Below, one piece after another: positions 19,019-27,403 of a stretch of DNA of 57,408 nt. How positions within the stretch are numbered: the first letter of the stretch is position 1; the number at the start of each line of letters is the position of its first letter. The DNA lies in assembly GCA_038150265.1 (NCBI GenBank), contig JAYOTF010000022.1, positions 1 through 57,408 on the forward strand. The letters are read 5' to 3'. The notes under the pieces are model-generated. The model was not told the DNA's origin and made no database searches. It saw only the letters and a program-made list of their open reading frames with translations. The stretch comes from Deltaproteobacteria bacterium (GTDB taxonomy: Bacteria > SAR324 > NAC60-12). The position numbers and the translations under genes are program-made.

Positions 19019-20284
19019 ATGTTTCGCGATATTCGACGCAGCGATTGGGCGCTGGTGGCGCTGGTGCTCCTGTTTGGCCTGGTTTTTTCCGGGGTGGCCT
19101 TTGACGTGGTCCTCCGGGTTGGGGAAATACGGGGAGGCCGGTCGGTGGACACGATGAGCAATGCCGGGTTTGTCTTCGGATCCGGGCTGCTGCTGACGTT
19201 CATCCTGAGCGCCTACCTCCTGCTCAACGCCCGGCAGAACCAACTGCTGCGTGTCCGGGAGCGGTCGCTGCATCAGGCCAACGGGCTGCTCGAAGACATC
19301 ATGCTCCACACCCCTCATGGGTTGGCTGTCGCTTCAGAGCGCGGACAGATTCAGCGAGCCAACCCCGCGTTTTCCCAAATCTTTCCCCAGGCGGCTCCCA
19401 CCACGGTTTCGCTGTTTCAGCTCCTTCAGCTTTCCGAGGCGCAGGTTCAGGAGCTGACCCAGGCGGCCACGCCTCATCCCCTGAACGCGACCCTCCGGCT
19501 GCCCTCTCAAGGCGATCGTGGGGATCAGACCCTGGAGTACTCCCTGCAGCGCTTGCCGCTGGGAGACGACGAAGATGGGCTGATCGTGGCCCACGTGTTT
19601 GACGTGACCGCCCGCAAGCTTCTGGAAGCACGTGTGCATCAGGCAGACCGGCTGGACGAAATGGGGCGGCTGGTGACAGAAATTGCTCACAAGCTCAACA
19701 CCCCCCTTGGGGCCATCACCAACAACGTGGAGCTGCTGGAGATGCGCATTGCTCGAGGAGACACCTCCGGACTCCAGAAACAGGCCCAGCGCATTCTGGC
19801 GGCTGCTGAAGAAGGCGCGGCGTACGTCCGGAAGCTCAAGGAGTTGCCTCACCTGGAAGAGGAACAGGCTCCGGCAGAACAAACGGTTCTGGTGGTATCG
19901 GTTCTTGAAGACGTGCTGGAGCAGATCCATGGGTTCTTGCTCGGCAAGCAGGTGCTGGTTCAACGCAACTACAACCTCAACGATGAGCGCCTGGTCCGCT
20001 GCCACGATGGGATCCTCCGGAAGACCCTGATGGCCCTGCTGGTGCGTGCGGTGCTGAAGGTCGAAGCACTTCCGGAGCGCGTGATGACCCTTGAGCTTCC
20101 GGCGGTGCCGAACCAGGTGAAGATCGAGCTGCACGCCCCCAGCGGAGGAGCGGAACCGTCGGCGACCCCGGACCTGGAGCTGCTGGCCAATCAGGAAGCG
20201 ATCCGGCAACTTGGCGGAGAGCTGACGGAGCATCATGAGGCCTCCGGCACCACACTTTCCCTTTACCTGCCCCTCTCCCCCTAA
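19019..20284 (+). CDS. membrane PAS-domain histidine-kinase-like protein with degenerate ATPase domain
   Basis: Two TM helices, PAS (ANPAF...DVTARK), H-box IAHKLNTPL; N, G1 and G2 boxes not recognisable. Confidence 0.75.
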   Translation: MFRDIRRSDWALVALVLLFGLVFSGVAFDVVLRVGEIRGGRSVDTMSNAGFVFGSGLLLTFILSAYLLLNARQNQLLRVRERSLHQANGLLEDIMLHTPHGLAVASERGQIQRANPAFSQIFPQAAPTTVSLFQLLQLSEAQVQELTQAATPHPLNATLRLPSQGDRGDQTLEYSLQRLPLGDDEDGLIVAHVFDVTARKLLEARVHQADRLDEMGRLVTEIAHKLNTPLGAITNNVELLEMRIARGDTSGLQKQAQRILAAAEEGAAYVRKLKELPHLEEEQAPAEQTVLVVSVLEDVLEQIHGFLLGKQVLVQRNYNLNDERLVRCHDGILRKTLMALLVRAVLKVEALPERVMTLELPAVPNQVKIELHAPSGGAEPSATPDLELLANQEAIRQLGGELTEHHEASGTTLSLYLPLSP

Positions 20285-20396
20285 AGGCAACGCTCCCGGT
20301 TTTTTGTAACACGTCGTGCGTTTTTCCGGAGGCGTCCATGCTTTTTGCAGCGCTCTTTTTCATTCCGGTTTCGGGTTTTGCCGTGTCCGGTTTCGG

Positions 20397-20425
20397 TTTA
20401 CACGCCTAGACCCGTTCGCTATAAT
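20397..20425 (+). promoter_or_regulatory. sigma-70 promoter of the yccA operon
   Basis: TTTACA (20397-20402), 17 bp, TATAAT (20420-20425), then TAAGGAG RBS before ATG 20472. Confidence 0.8.
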
Positions 20426-20471
20426 TCTCTCATCGTTTTCGCAAAGCAACCTTTAGCTTTTAAGGAGCAAC

Positions 20472-21161
20472 ATGCGTTTTGGAAATCCTCAATCCCTGGC
20501 TTACGGAGCGGTTCCGGCCTCATCGGTCTCCGTTCAGGAGCGTCTGGTCTTCCTCAAGAAGGTCTATGGCCTGCTCGGCGCCTCATTGCTGACAGCCACT
20601 GTTGGTGCCTACCTGGCCAGCGGTCCGCTGTTTGAGGTGATGGTGGGGCTGCACATGCCGCTCTTCTTGCTGGAAATCGGCCTGATCTTCTTTGCGTCCT
20701 ATGCCGCCCGGAAGCCTGGCCTGAACATGATTGCCCTCTTCAGCTTCACCTTTGTGTCCGGACTGACGCTGGGGCCCATCCTGGGGCTCTACATCATGGG
20801 CGGGAAGTCCACGGTCATTGCAGAGGCCTTTGCGCTCACCACCGTGGTGTTCTTTGGTCTGAGCGCCTACGTCGTCTTCTCGCGCAAGGACTTCAGCTTC
20901 ATGGGGGGCTTCCTGATGACGGGCCTGATCATCCTGGTCGTGGGCAGCCTCATCAACATGTTTGTCGGCAGCTCCATGGGCGCCTTCCTCATTTCCGGAG
21001 TGTCGGTGTTCCTCTTCAGCGGGTTCATCCTCTATGACACCTCGAACATCCTCCGGAACTACAGCACGGAAGATTACGTCAGTGCGACGTTGGCGCTGTA
21101 CCTCGACATCCTCAACCTCTTCATCGCGTTGCTCAACATCCTTGGCATGAGCCGCGACTAA
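20472..21161 (+). CDS. Bax inhibitor-1/YccA family membrane protein
   Basis: About 7 TM helices; FLKKVY, KDFSF.GGFL, FILYDTS, LYLDILNLF. Confidence 0.93.
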   Translation: MRFGNPQSLAYGAVPASSVSVQERLVFLKKVYGLLGASLLTATVGAYLASGPLFEVMVGLHMPLFLLEIGLIFFASYAARKPGLNMIALFSFTFVSGLTLGPILGLYIMGGKSTVIAEAFALTTVVFFGLSAYVVFSRKDFSFMGGFLMTGLIILVVGSLINMFVGSSMGAFLISGVSVFLFSGFILYDTSNILRNYSTEDYVSATLALYLDILNLFIALLNILGMSRD

Positions 21162-21170
21162 CCCCAGCCA

Positions 21171-23741
21171 ATGCGGCGTTTCGCCTGGGGCCTCCTCTTC
21201 AGCCTCCTGGGGCTTCCGCTGGTCGGTGTACTGGCGCTGGCCCTGGGGCTTTCCCTGACCTACGAAGACGCGCTGCTCGACTTCGAGCAGGCCGTGGAAG
21301 CCATCTCGACCAACACCATCTTGCTGGATACGGAAGGGAAGCCCTTCCATACCCTGCACAGTGGGGAGCGGCGGCAGGTGGTGGAACGGGGAGAAGCAGG
21401 CCGCTGGATGCAGATCAGCGTCCTGGCAGCGGAAGACACACGCTTCTTTCATCACCGCGGGGTGGACCCGGTCCGGATCCTTTCGGCCCTCTGGGTGAAC
21501 CTGCGGCACGGCGAGGTGAAGCAGGGCGCCAGCACCATCACGCAGCAGCTCGTCAAGGTCCTCCTGCTCAGTCCGGAACGGACGATCACCCGGAAGATCC
21601 GGGAGGCGCTCATTTCCATTTCGCTGGAGTGGAAATACGAGAAGACCCGCATCCTGGAAGCCTACCTCAACACCATCTACCTGGGTCATGGCAACTATGG
21701 CGTGGAGCAGGCGGCGCAGAGCTACTTTCACAAGCATGCCGCTGAACTGACGCTTGGGGAAGCCAGCCTGCTGGCCGGGATCATCCGGCGCCCCGAATTT
21801 TACCTCAAGGTCCCCAACAGCCTCCCTGACAAAAGCGAATTCTTTCCTCAGGCCGCTCTGCTGGAAGCCCTCAACCGCCGTGAGTTGGTGCTCCGGGAAA
21901 TGGCGCGGCAGCGTTGGATCACTGCTGAGCAGTGGCGTGACGTACGGGAGGAAAAGCTTCAGGTGTACCTGCCCAAGCGCTTCAGTGGCAGCGGTGCCTA
22001 CTTCATCCAGGAAGTCGTCAAGCGCCTCAAGAACGACCACAACCTGGCCCAGGTCTACGGCGGCGGCTACCGCGTTTATACCACGTACAACCCGGTTCTG
22101 CAGGAGCTGGCAGAGGCGGCCACGCACTCCATTTATGAAGGCGACAGCCCCCATTCGGCGCAGGTCGCTCTGGTCTCCATGGAGCCAAAGACCGGATTCG
22201 TCCGGGCCCTGATCGGGGGGCGGGACTTTGGCGAGTCCGAATTCAACCGGGCCGTGCAGGCCCTCCGGCAGCCCGGGTCTTCGTTTAAGCCGACGCTCTA
22301 TGCCACGGCACTCGAGAAGAGCTTTGCCCCCAACAATGTCTTCAAGGATGAGCCCCTGGTCTATGAGTGGGTGGACAACCTGGGCCTGACGAGCTTCTAC
22401 TCTCCGGGGAATGCCGACGGAAAGTTTGGCAAGGAGCGCACCTGGCTCGGACTCAATGGGGTGGAGTACAGCACCGATCACATGACCCTCGCCAAGGCTC
22501 TGGAGCGCTCGGTGAACACGGTGGCGGTGCAGGTGCTTGACCAACTCGGCATTGGCCCCCTTGCCCGTCAGGCGGAAAAGGTGGGCCTGAAGATCGATGA
22601 AAAGATGGGGCTTTGCATTGCGCTTGGGTGTTCCGGAACCACGTTGCTGGACCTGGTGTCATCGTACACGCCGTTTGCCAACGGAGGCATCGCGCACCAG
22701 CCGGTGTTCATCACCCGCATTGAAGACTTCACCGGGAAGGTTGTCTATGAGTATGAGCCCGATCCCGGGGTTCAGGCCTACTCCCCGTGGACCGCTCACC
22801 AGATGAACGAGATGCTCCGGCGAGTGGTCCTGAAGGGGACCGGCCGGAATGCCCAGTGGGGCAACAAGGACATCCCGATTGCCGGAAAAACCGGCACCAA
22901 TACCGATGGTCGAGACGCGTGGTTCATTGGCTACACTCCGGAGCTGGTCACCGGCGTCTGGATTGGCAAGGACGACAACACCGCCATGCCTTGGGAACAG
23001 GGCGGGCGCACTCCGGCACGCATCTGGCGCCGCTACAGCAAACCGGCCTTGCAGTTTGTGCCGGCTCAGGAGTTTCCGGAGCCTCCCCCGCATGCGCAGC
23101 TGCCGACCTGCTCCGTCAGTGGCAAGCTGGCCACCAGCAACTGTCCTGATGTGGAATACTACTCCTATCCGCTGGATGACCTTCCCACCGAATACTGCAC
23201 CGAGCATCCGGGCTTTCCGCTCAAGCACCTTGTTTCCATGGAGGAAACTCCAGTGGCCAACCTCCCGGACGCTCTGGTTCCGGAAGAGACCACCGTGGCT
23301 CAGCCGGAGGCGTTGCAGGAAGCCGGACGCTTTCCTGCTCCTTCTGCCCTGCCGCAGCAGGGACAGCCGGTTCCGGAAGTGGCGCTTGAGCCGAGTCCTC
23401 CGGACCCTCTGAGTCGTGAGGAGCCGGGAATGCGCCTGCCGGCGGAGCCTGCTCCGGTTCCCGAATTCCTCGACGAGGCGCCAGAGGCGACCCAGGCCTT
23501 CACGGAGCCGACGCCCCGGTTCCGAGACGTCCCGACCACCGAGCCCCGGTCATCAGGCGGGGCCGATCGGGCTGACGCGACGGACTGGCGGGTGCCAACG
23601 GATCCGGATGTTCCCATTTTTGAGCTGGAATCTGCCTCTGGAAGTCGGCGAAACTTGTCAGAAGGAGGACGTTTCCTGGATCTGCCCGAAGTCTTTACCA
23701 CCCCATACTCTTCTAACCGAGGAGCCCTTCCTTCTCGCTGA
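21171..23741 (+). CDS. class A penicillin-binding protein (PBP1A family)
   Basis: Glycosyltransferase motifs EDTRFFHHRG, GASTITQQL, RKIRE, YLNTIY; transpeptidase SSFK, SVN, KTG; Pro/Glu-rich tail. Confidence 0.95.
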   Translation: MRRFAWGLLFSLLGLPLVGVLALALGLSLTYEDALLDFEQAVEAISTNTILLDTEGKPFHTLHSGERRQVVERGEAGRWMQISVLAAEDTRFFHHRGVDPVRILSALWVNLRHGEVKQGASTITQQLVKVLLLSPERTITRKIREALISISLEWKYEKTRILEAYLNTIYLGHGNYGVEQAAQSYFHKHAAELTLGEASLLAGIIRRPEFYLKVPNSLPDKSEFFPQAALLEALNRRELVLREMARQRWITAEQWRDVREEKLQVYLPKRFSGSGAYFIQEVVKRLKNDHNLAQVYGGGYRVYTTYNPVLQELAEAATHSIYEGDSPHSAQVALVSMEPKTGFVRALIGGRDFGESEFNRAVQALRQPGSSFKPTLYATALEKSFAPNNVFKDEPLVYEWVDNLGLTSFYSPGNADGKFGKERTWLGLNGVEYSTDHMTLAKALERSVNTVAVQVLDQLGIGPLARQAEKVGLKIDEKMGLCIALGCSGTTLLDLVSSYTPFANGGIAHQPVFITRIEDFTGKVVYEYEPDPGVQAYSPWTAHQMNEMLRRVVLKGTGRNAQWGNKDIPIAGKTGTNTDGRDAWFIGYTPELVTGVWIGKDDNTAMPWEQGGRTPARIWRRYSKPALQFVPAQEFPEPPPHAQLPTCSVSGKLATSNCPDVEYYSYPLDDLPTEYCTEHPGFPLKHLVSMEETPVANLPDALVPEETTVAQPEALQEAGRFPAPSALPQQGQPVPEVALEPSPPDPLSREEPGMRLPAEPAPVPEFLDEAPEATQAFTEPTPRFRDVPTTEPRSSGGADRADATDWRVPTDPDVPIFELESASGSRRNLSEGGRFLDLPEVFTTPYSSNRGALPSR

Positions 23742-23750
23742 GATCCCCGC

Positions 23751-25589
23751 ATGCGTGTTTTGTTGTTGGTACTGCTGAGCCTCAGTCTGTTCAGCTGTTC
23801 CGTTCCCCGTCCCGAGGCTCCGGCGCCTCAGGCCGATCGTGGCATCCGTCGCACGGCTTCCGAGTCGGGAGAGCGCGTGGCACTGGTCCTGGGCAATGCC
23901 CGTTACACGACGAGTCCGCTGAAGAATCCGGTCCGCGACGCCCAGGCGATGGCCTCCTTGCTGGAGGACGCCCAGTTTGAGGTGATGCTGCTTGAAGACG
24001 CGTCCTACGCCCAGATGGAGGAAGCCCTGAACGCCTTCGGGGAGAAGCTCAGCCGTGCCCGGGTGGCGCTGTTTTACTATGCGGGCCACGGCGTGCAGTC
24101 GCAGGGTCGCAATTACCTGATGCCCGTCGATGCGGCCATCCGGAAGCCTCACGAGCTGCGGTACCAGACGATGGAGCTGGGACGCATTCTGGACACGATG
24201 GAAAGTGCCGGAAGCGCGACCAATCTGGTGATTCTGGATGCCTGCCGCAACAACCCGTTTGAATCGGCATGGCGTTCGGAGCAACGAGGGCTGGCGCCGG
24301 TGCGAGCCCCCGGAGGGACCTTTGTTGCGTTTGCCACCGCCCCCGGAGAAGTCGCAGCAGACGGGACCGGGCAGCATGGACTCTACACTGAGGCCCTGCT
24401 CCGGAACCTCCGGACCCCAGGTGTGCCCGTGGAGCTGGCCTTCAAGCGCGTCCGCCAGGACGTACTGCTGGCGAGCAACCAGCAGCAGGTCCCATGGGAT
24501 CAGTCGTCTCTGACGGCAGACTTCCGCTTCTTTCCTGCCGCTGAGGGCAGCGAAGCCGAGGCCACGCCCGTGCCCGTGGTGGTGTGCGAAGAGGCGTGCC
24601 AGCAGCAGCGGTTGGCCTCCATGCGTCAGGAATTTGCGGCACTCCGCGAGCAGGAACTGACCCGTCCGGATCCTGCCAAGCTGGTGCAACGCTGGCAGGC
24701 GTTTCTGCAGAACCATCAGGGCCGGTCTGCTTCGGTGACAGAAGAGAACACGATGCGCGCCAAAGCCCGGAAGCAACTCGCTTTCTGGAAGCAGGAACAG
24801 CAGGCGTTGCAGTCCAATGCAGACCAGAAGCAGCGTCAGTGGGCCCAAGGCACCTGGACGGAGCCTGCCACGCAGATGGAGTTCGTGGCCGTTGAAGGAG
24901 ACCCGTTTTTTCGCAAAGGAAATCTGTTGGTCGAGGACCCGCAGTGGGAAGAAGTCGCCGTCCCGCGCTTTTGGATGTCGCGCTACGAAGTGACCCTTGC
25001 CCAGTGGGAGGCGCTGATGACGCAGCCAACGGAAGCTCCACCTGCTGACTCCGTCAAGGGGTGGGTCACACAGACCCTCCGCAAGGGGTGGGAGAGCGCC
25101 AAGCAGGTGGCTCAGCAGTACCTTCCCGAAAAGCAGATCCCGGTTGTGGGCAAGACGTCTTCTGAGGTGGCAGACTTCCTCTCGCGCCTCAATGCCCTCC
25201 ATCCGGAGGGACCGGAGATCCGGTTACCCACCGCCGCAGAATGGGAGTACGCCTGCCGAGAAGGCGGTCGGCGGACTCGTTTTGGAACAGGAAAGATGAC
25301 CCTCAGTTTGTATGACGCCAATTTTCAACCGGAAGCCGACCGCCCCGACTTTGTGCTGGGGCCAGGTCGTGACACCACCAAACTGGCACCAGTGGGTTCG
25401 TATGAGCCCAACGCGCTGGGACTGTACGACCTCAGTGGCAATGCCGCGGAGTGGGTGGATGGCCTGGAACAGCTCCGGGGGGGCAGCTTTCAGGATGACA
25501 GCACCGCTCTGCAGTGTGCCACGTCTCAGCGAGCCCGTTTGTGGGGACCTGACCCGACCGCGGGTTTGCGGCTGGTGAGGGGGTACTGA
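23751..25589 (+). CDS. lipoprotein with caspase-family (peptidase C14) domain and C-terminal FGE-sulfatase/SUMF1-like domain
   Basis: LFSC lipobox; ALVLGN, LKNPVRDA, FYYAGHG (catalytic His), ILDACR (catalytic Cys); RLPTAAEWEYACR, PNALGLYDLSGNAAEW, RGGSF, GLRLVR. Confidence 0.92.
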   Translation: MRVLLLVLLSLSLFSCSVPRPEAPAPQADRGIRRTASESGERVALVLGNARYTTSPLKNPVRDAQAMASLLEDAQFEVMLLEDASYAQMEEALNAFGEKLSRARVALFYYAGHGVQSQGRNYLMPVDAAIRKPHELRYQTMELGRILDTMESAGSATNLVILDACRNNPFESAWRSEQRGLAPVRAPGGTFVAFATAPGEVAADGTGQHGLYTEALLRNLRTPGVPVELAFKRVRQDVLLASNQQQVPWDQSSLTADFRFFPAAEGSEAEATPVPVVVCEEACQQQRLASMRQEFAALREQELTRPDPAKLVQRWQAFLQNHQGRSASVTEENTMRAKARKQLAFWKQEQQALQSNADQKQRQWAQGTWTEPATQMEFVAVEGDPFFRKGNLLVEDPQWEEVAVPRFWMSRYEVTLAQWEALMTQPTEAPPADSVKGWVTQTLRKGWESAKQVAQQYLPEKQIPVVGKTSSEVADFLSRLNALHPEGPEIRLPTAAEWEYACREGGRRTRFGTGKMTLSLYDANFQPEADRPDFVLGPGRDTTKLAPVGSYEPNALGLYDLSGNAAEWVDGLEQLRGGSFQDDSTALQCATSQRARLWGPDPTAGLRLVRGY

Positions 25590-25590
25590 C

Positions 25591-26376
25591 ATGAGTGAAC
25601 TGCTTGATCCAGCCTTGCAGCCAGAAGCCTGGCTGGAGGCGCACTACCCAGAACTGGAAAAGGTGGTGCAGCATCTGTGTGACCGCAAGCGGGTCTGGGG
25701 AGACGAGGCCGACGAATTTCACAGCCTCGCGCGCCTGCACTTTGTGGAACGCGATTATGCCGTCATCCGGGAACTGGGGCAGGTGCAGTCGGTGCAGTCG
25801 TACCTGTACGCTGTGCTCTCCCGCCTGCTCGTCGATTACATTCGGCAGCGAAAGGGGCGGTTTCGTCCGTCTCGTAAAGCCGAAGGCCTCGGAGAGACGG
25901 CGATGCTGCTGGAACGCCTGGTGGTGGAGCAACGCCTGACGCTGGAGGAAACCTTTCAGTCCCTGACCATTACGCACCAGCGCCCCCTCACGCGTCAGGA
26001 ATTTCAGGAGCTTTGCCGAAGCCTGGACCTCCAGCGCGGGCGTCCGGAGGTGCAGGGCCTGGAAGAGCCCGAGCTGCTTCCTGCCTCTGAAGCTTCCACC
26101 GAGGAACTCGCGTTTGTCTCACCGCGGGTGCTGCTGGAGCCGGCGTTGGCGGAGCTGGAGCACCTCAAGGAAGGGCTCAGCCCCGAAGACCAGTTGCTGC
26201 TGGAGTGGCGGTTCCGGGACCAGCTTTCCATCAGCGAAATTGCGCGGGTGCTGAAGCTGTCGCGCTACCATGCGGAAAATACCCTCCAGCGCCTCCTCCT
26301 GCGTTTGCGAGAACGCTTGCTGGAACAGGGACTTGATGAAGACCGCCTGCGACTGCTCTTGCGTTTGCTGGGATAA
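25591..26376 (+). CDS. ECF-like sigma-70 family sigma factor
   Basis: Region 2 (ADE...SYLYAVLSRLLVDYIRQ) and region 4 HTH (LSPEDQLLLEWRF...LSISEIARVL). Confidence 0.8.
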   Translation: MSELLDPALQPEAWLEAHYPELEKVVQHLCDRKRVWGDEADEFHSLARLHFVERDYAVIRELGQVQSVQSYLYAVLSRLLVDYIRQRKGRFRPSRKAEGLGETAMLLERLVVEQRLTLEETFQSLTITHQRPLTRQEFQELCRSLDLQRGRPEVQGLEEPELLPASEASTEELAFVSPRVLLEPALAELEHLKEGLSPEDQLLLEWRFRDQLSISEIARVLKLSRYHAENTLQRLLLRLRERLLEQGLDEDRLRLLLRLLG

Positions 26377-26473
26377 TCGGATCGTTTATTTTTGAAAACC
26401 TGTGGATCGTCCGTCCAGACAGGATGAATGCAACAACCCCAATGTTTTGGGCGGCTGACGGAGATTTTGAGTT

Positions 26474-27403
26474 ATGTTGAATGATTGCCCCTCAACCCAG
26501 ACCATGGCCAACTTTTCGGATGGCACCCTTCCGGACACCGAGCACCAGAAGGTGGTGGAGCACCTGGCCGCTTGCCGGGACTGCTCCGAGTGGATGGCGG
26601 TGCTGATGGAAACCAAGGAGGCGCTGCCGCACCTCTTCCAGGAAGAAGCCACCTCTCAGGCGGCTCCCGTTGTGAAGCTCCCTCCGGCCAACAAACGCCG
26701 CCCGGTCCAGAAACGTCCCTTCCAGTGGAAGCCTCTGCTGGTGGCCGCGTCCATTTCGGTGGTCGCCGCCATGAGCCTGATCACGACCCTGTCCAGTGGT
26801 CCCAAGCTCGAAGGCATGGGCGCGGCCGCTGTGGCGGAGCGACTCAAGACCCTGCCGGCTTCAGCAGATTCGGTTCCGCAGGAGACGGTGATGGGCTTTT
26901 CCTCAGCGACCACACCGGCCCAGTCGGCATTTGCCACCGGGCTGCTGATGACGCGCTCCACGCATTACCTCGTGACCAACGACCTGCCGTCGGCGGCGGC
27001 GACCTTTGAGGAACTGGAACAGCTCAACCTGAACCCGACGCTGAACCGCCAGCTGTACGTCTGGAAGACCTGGGCGAGGCAGACTCGAGATGCGTCTTAT
27101 GCGCTCCCTCCAGAAGTGGAACACTGGGAAGGACGCTTTGCCTCAGACGCGGAGCGTCCCTACCTGCACCTCGGTGAGTTGGCAGAAGGGAGCCGCATTG
27201 CCATTCTTCACCAGGACCAGAGCTTCTTCCGAGACCTCCCGCTCCGGACCCTGCGGTCCGAGTTGGAGTCGGCCCAGGCGCTGCCCGGCGTGTTCCGGAG
27301 CCTGGAAACGCTGGAGCTGCTGGCCCTTTCTCCAGACCCCACGGACCACCAGTGGCAAGAAGCTGATGAGGCGGTCCGCGACCTGATCCTGCTCTTCCAA
27401 TGA
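26474..27403 (+). CDS. zf-HC2 (ZAS) transmembrane anti-sigma factor
   Basis: CP...HLAACRDC zinc motif, one TM helix (WKPLLVAASISVVAAMSLI), extracytoplasmic C-terminal domain; follows the sigma gene. Confidence 0.8.
   Translation: MLNDCPSTQTMANFSDGTLPDTEHQKVVEHLAACRDCSEWMAVLMETKEALPHLFQEEATSQAAPVVKLPPANKRRPVQKRPFQWKPLLVAASISVVAAMSLITTLSSGPKLEGMGAAAVAERLKTLPASADSVPQETVMGFSSATTPAQSAFATGLLMTRSTHYLVTNDLPSAAATFEELEQLNLNPTLNRQLYVWKTWARQTRDASYALPPEVEHWEGRFASDAERPYLHLGELAEGSRIAILHQDQSFFRDLPLRTLRSELESAQALPGVFRSLETLELLALSPDPTDHQWQEADEAVRDLILLFQ

Noticed and set aside
25200..25589. FGE-like C-terminus as a diversity-generating retroelement target
   Set aside because: I found no template repeat copy or reverse transcriptase in the window; a remote DGR cannot be excluded.
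24850..25589. FGE-like domain as maturase for the sulfatase at 49086
   Set aside because: It lacks the catalytic Cys pair after RGGS and sits on an exported lipoprotein, while the sulfatase appears cytoplasmic.
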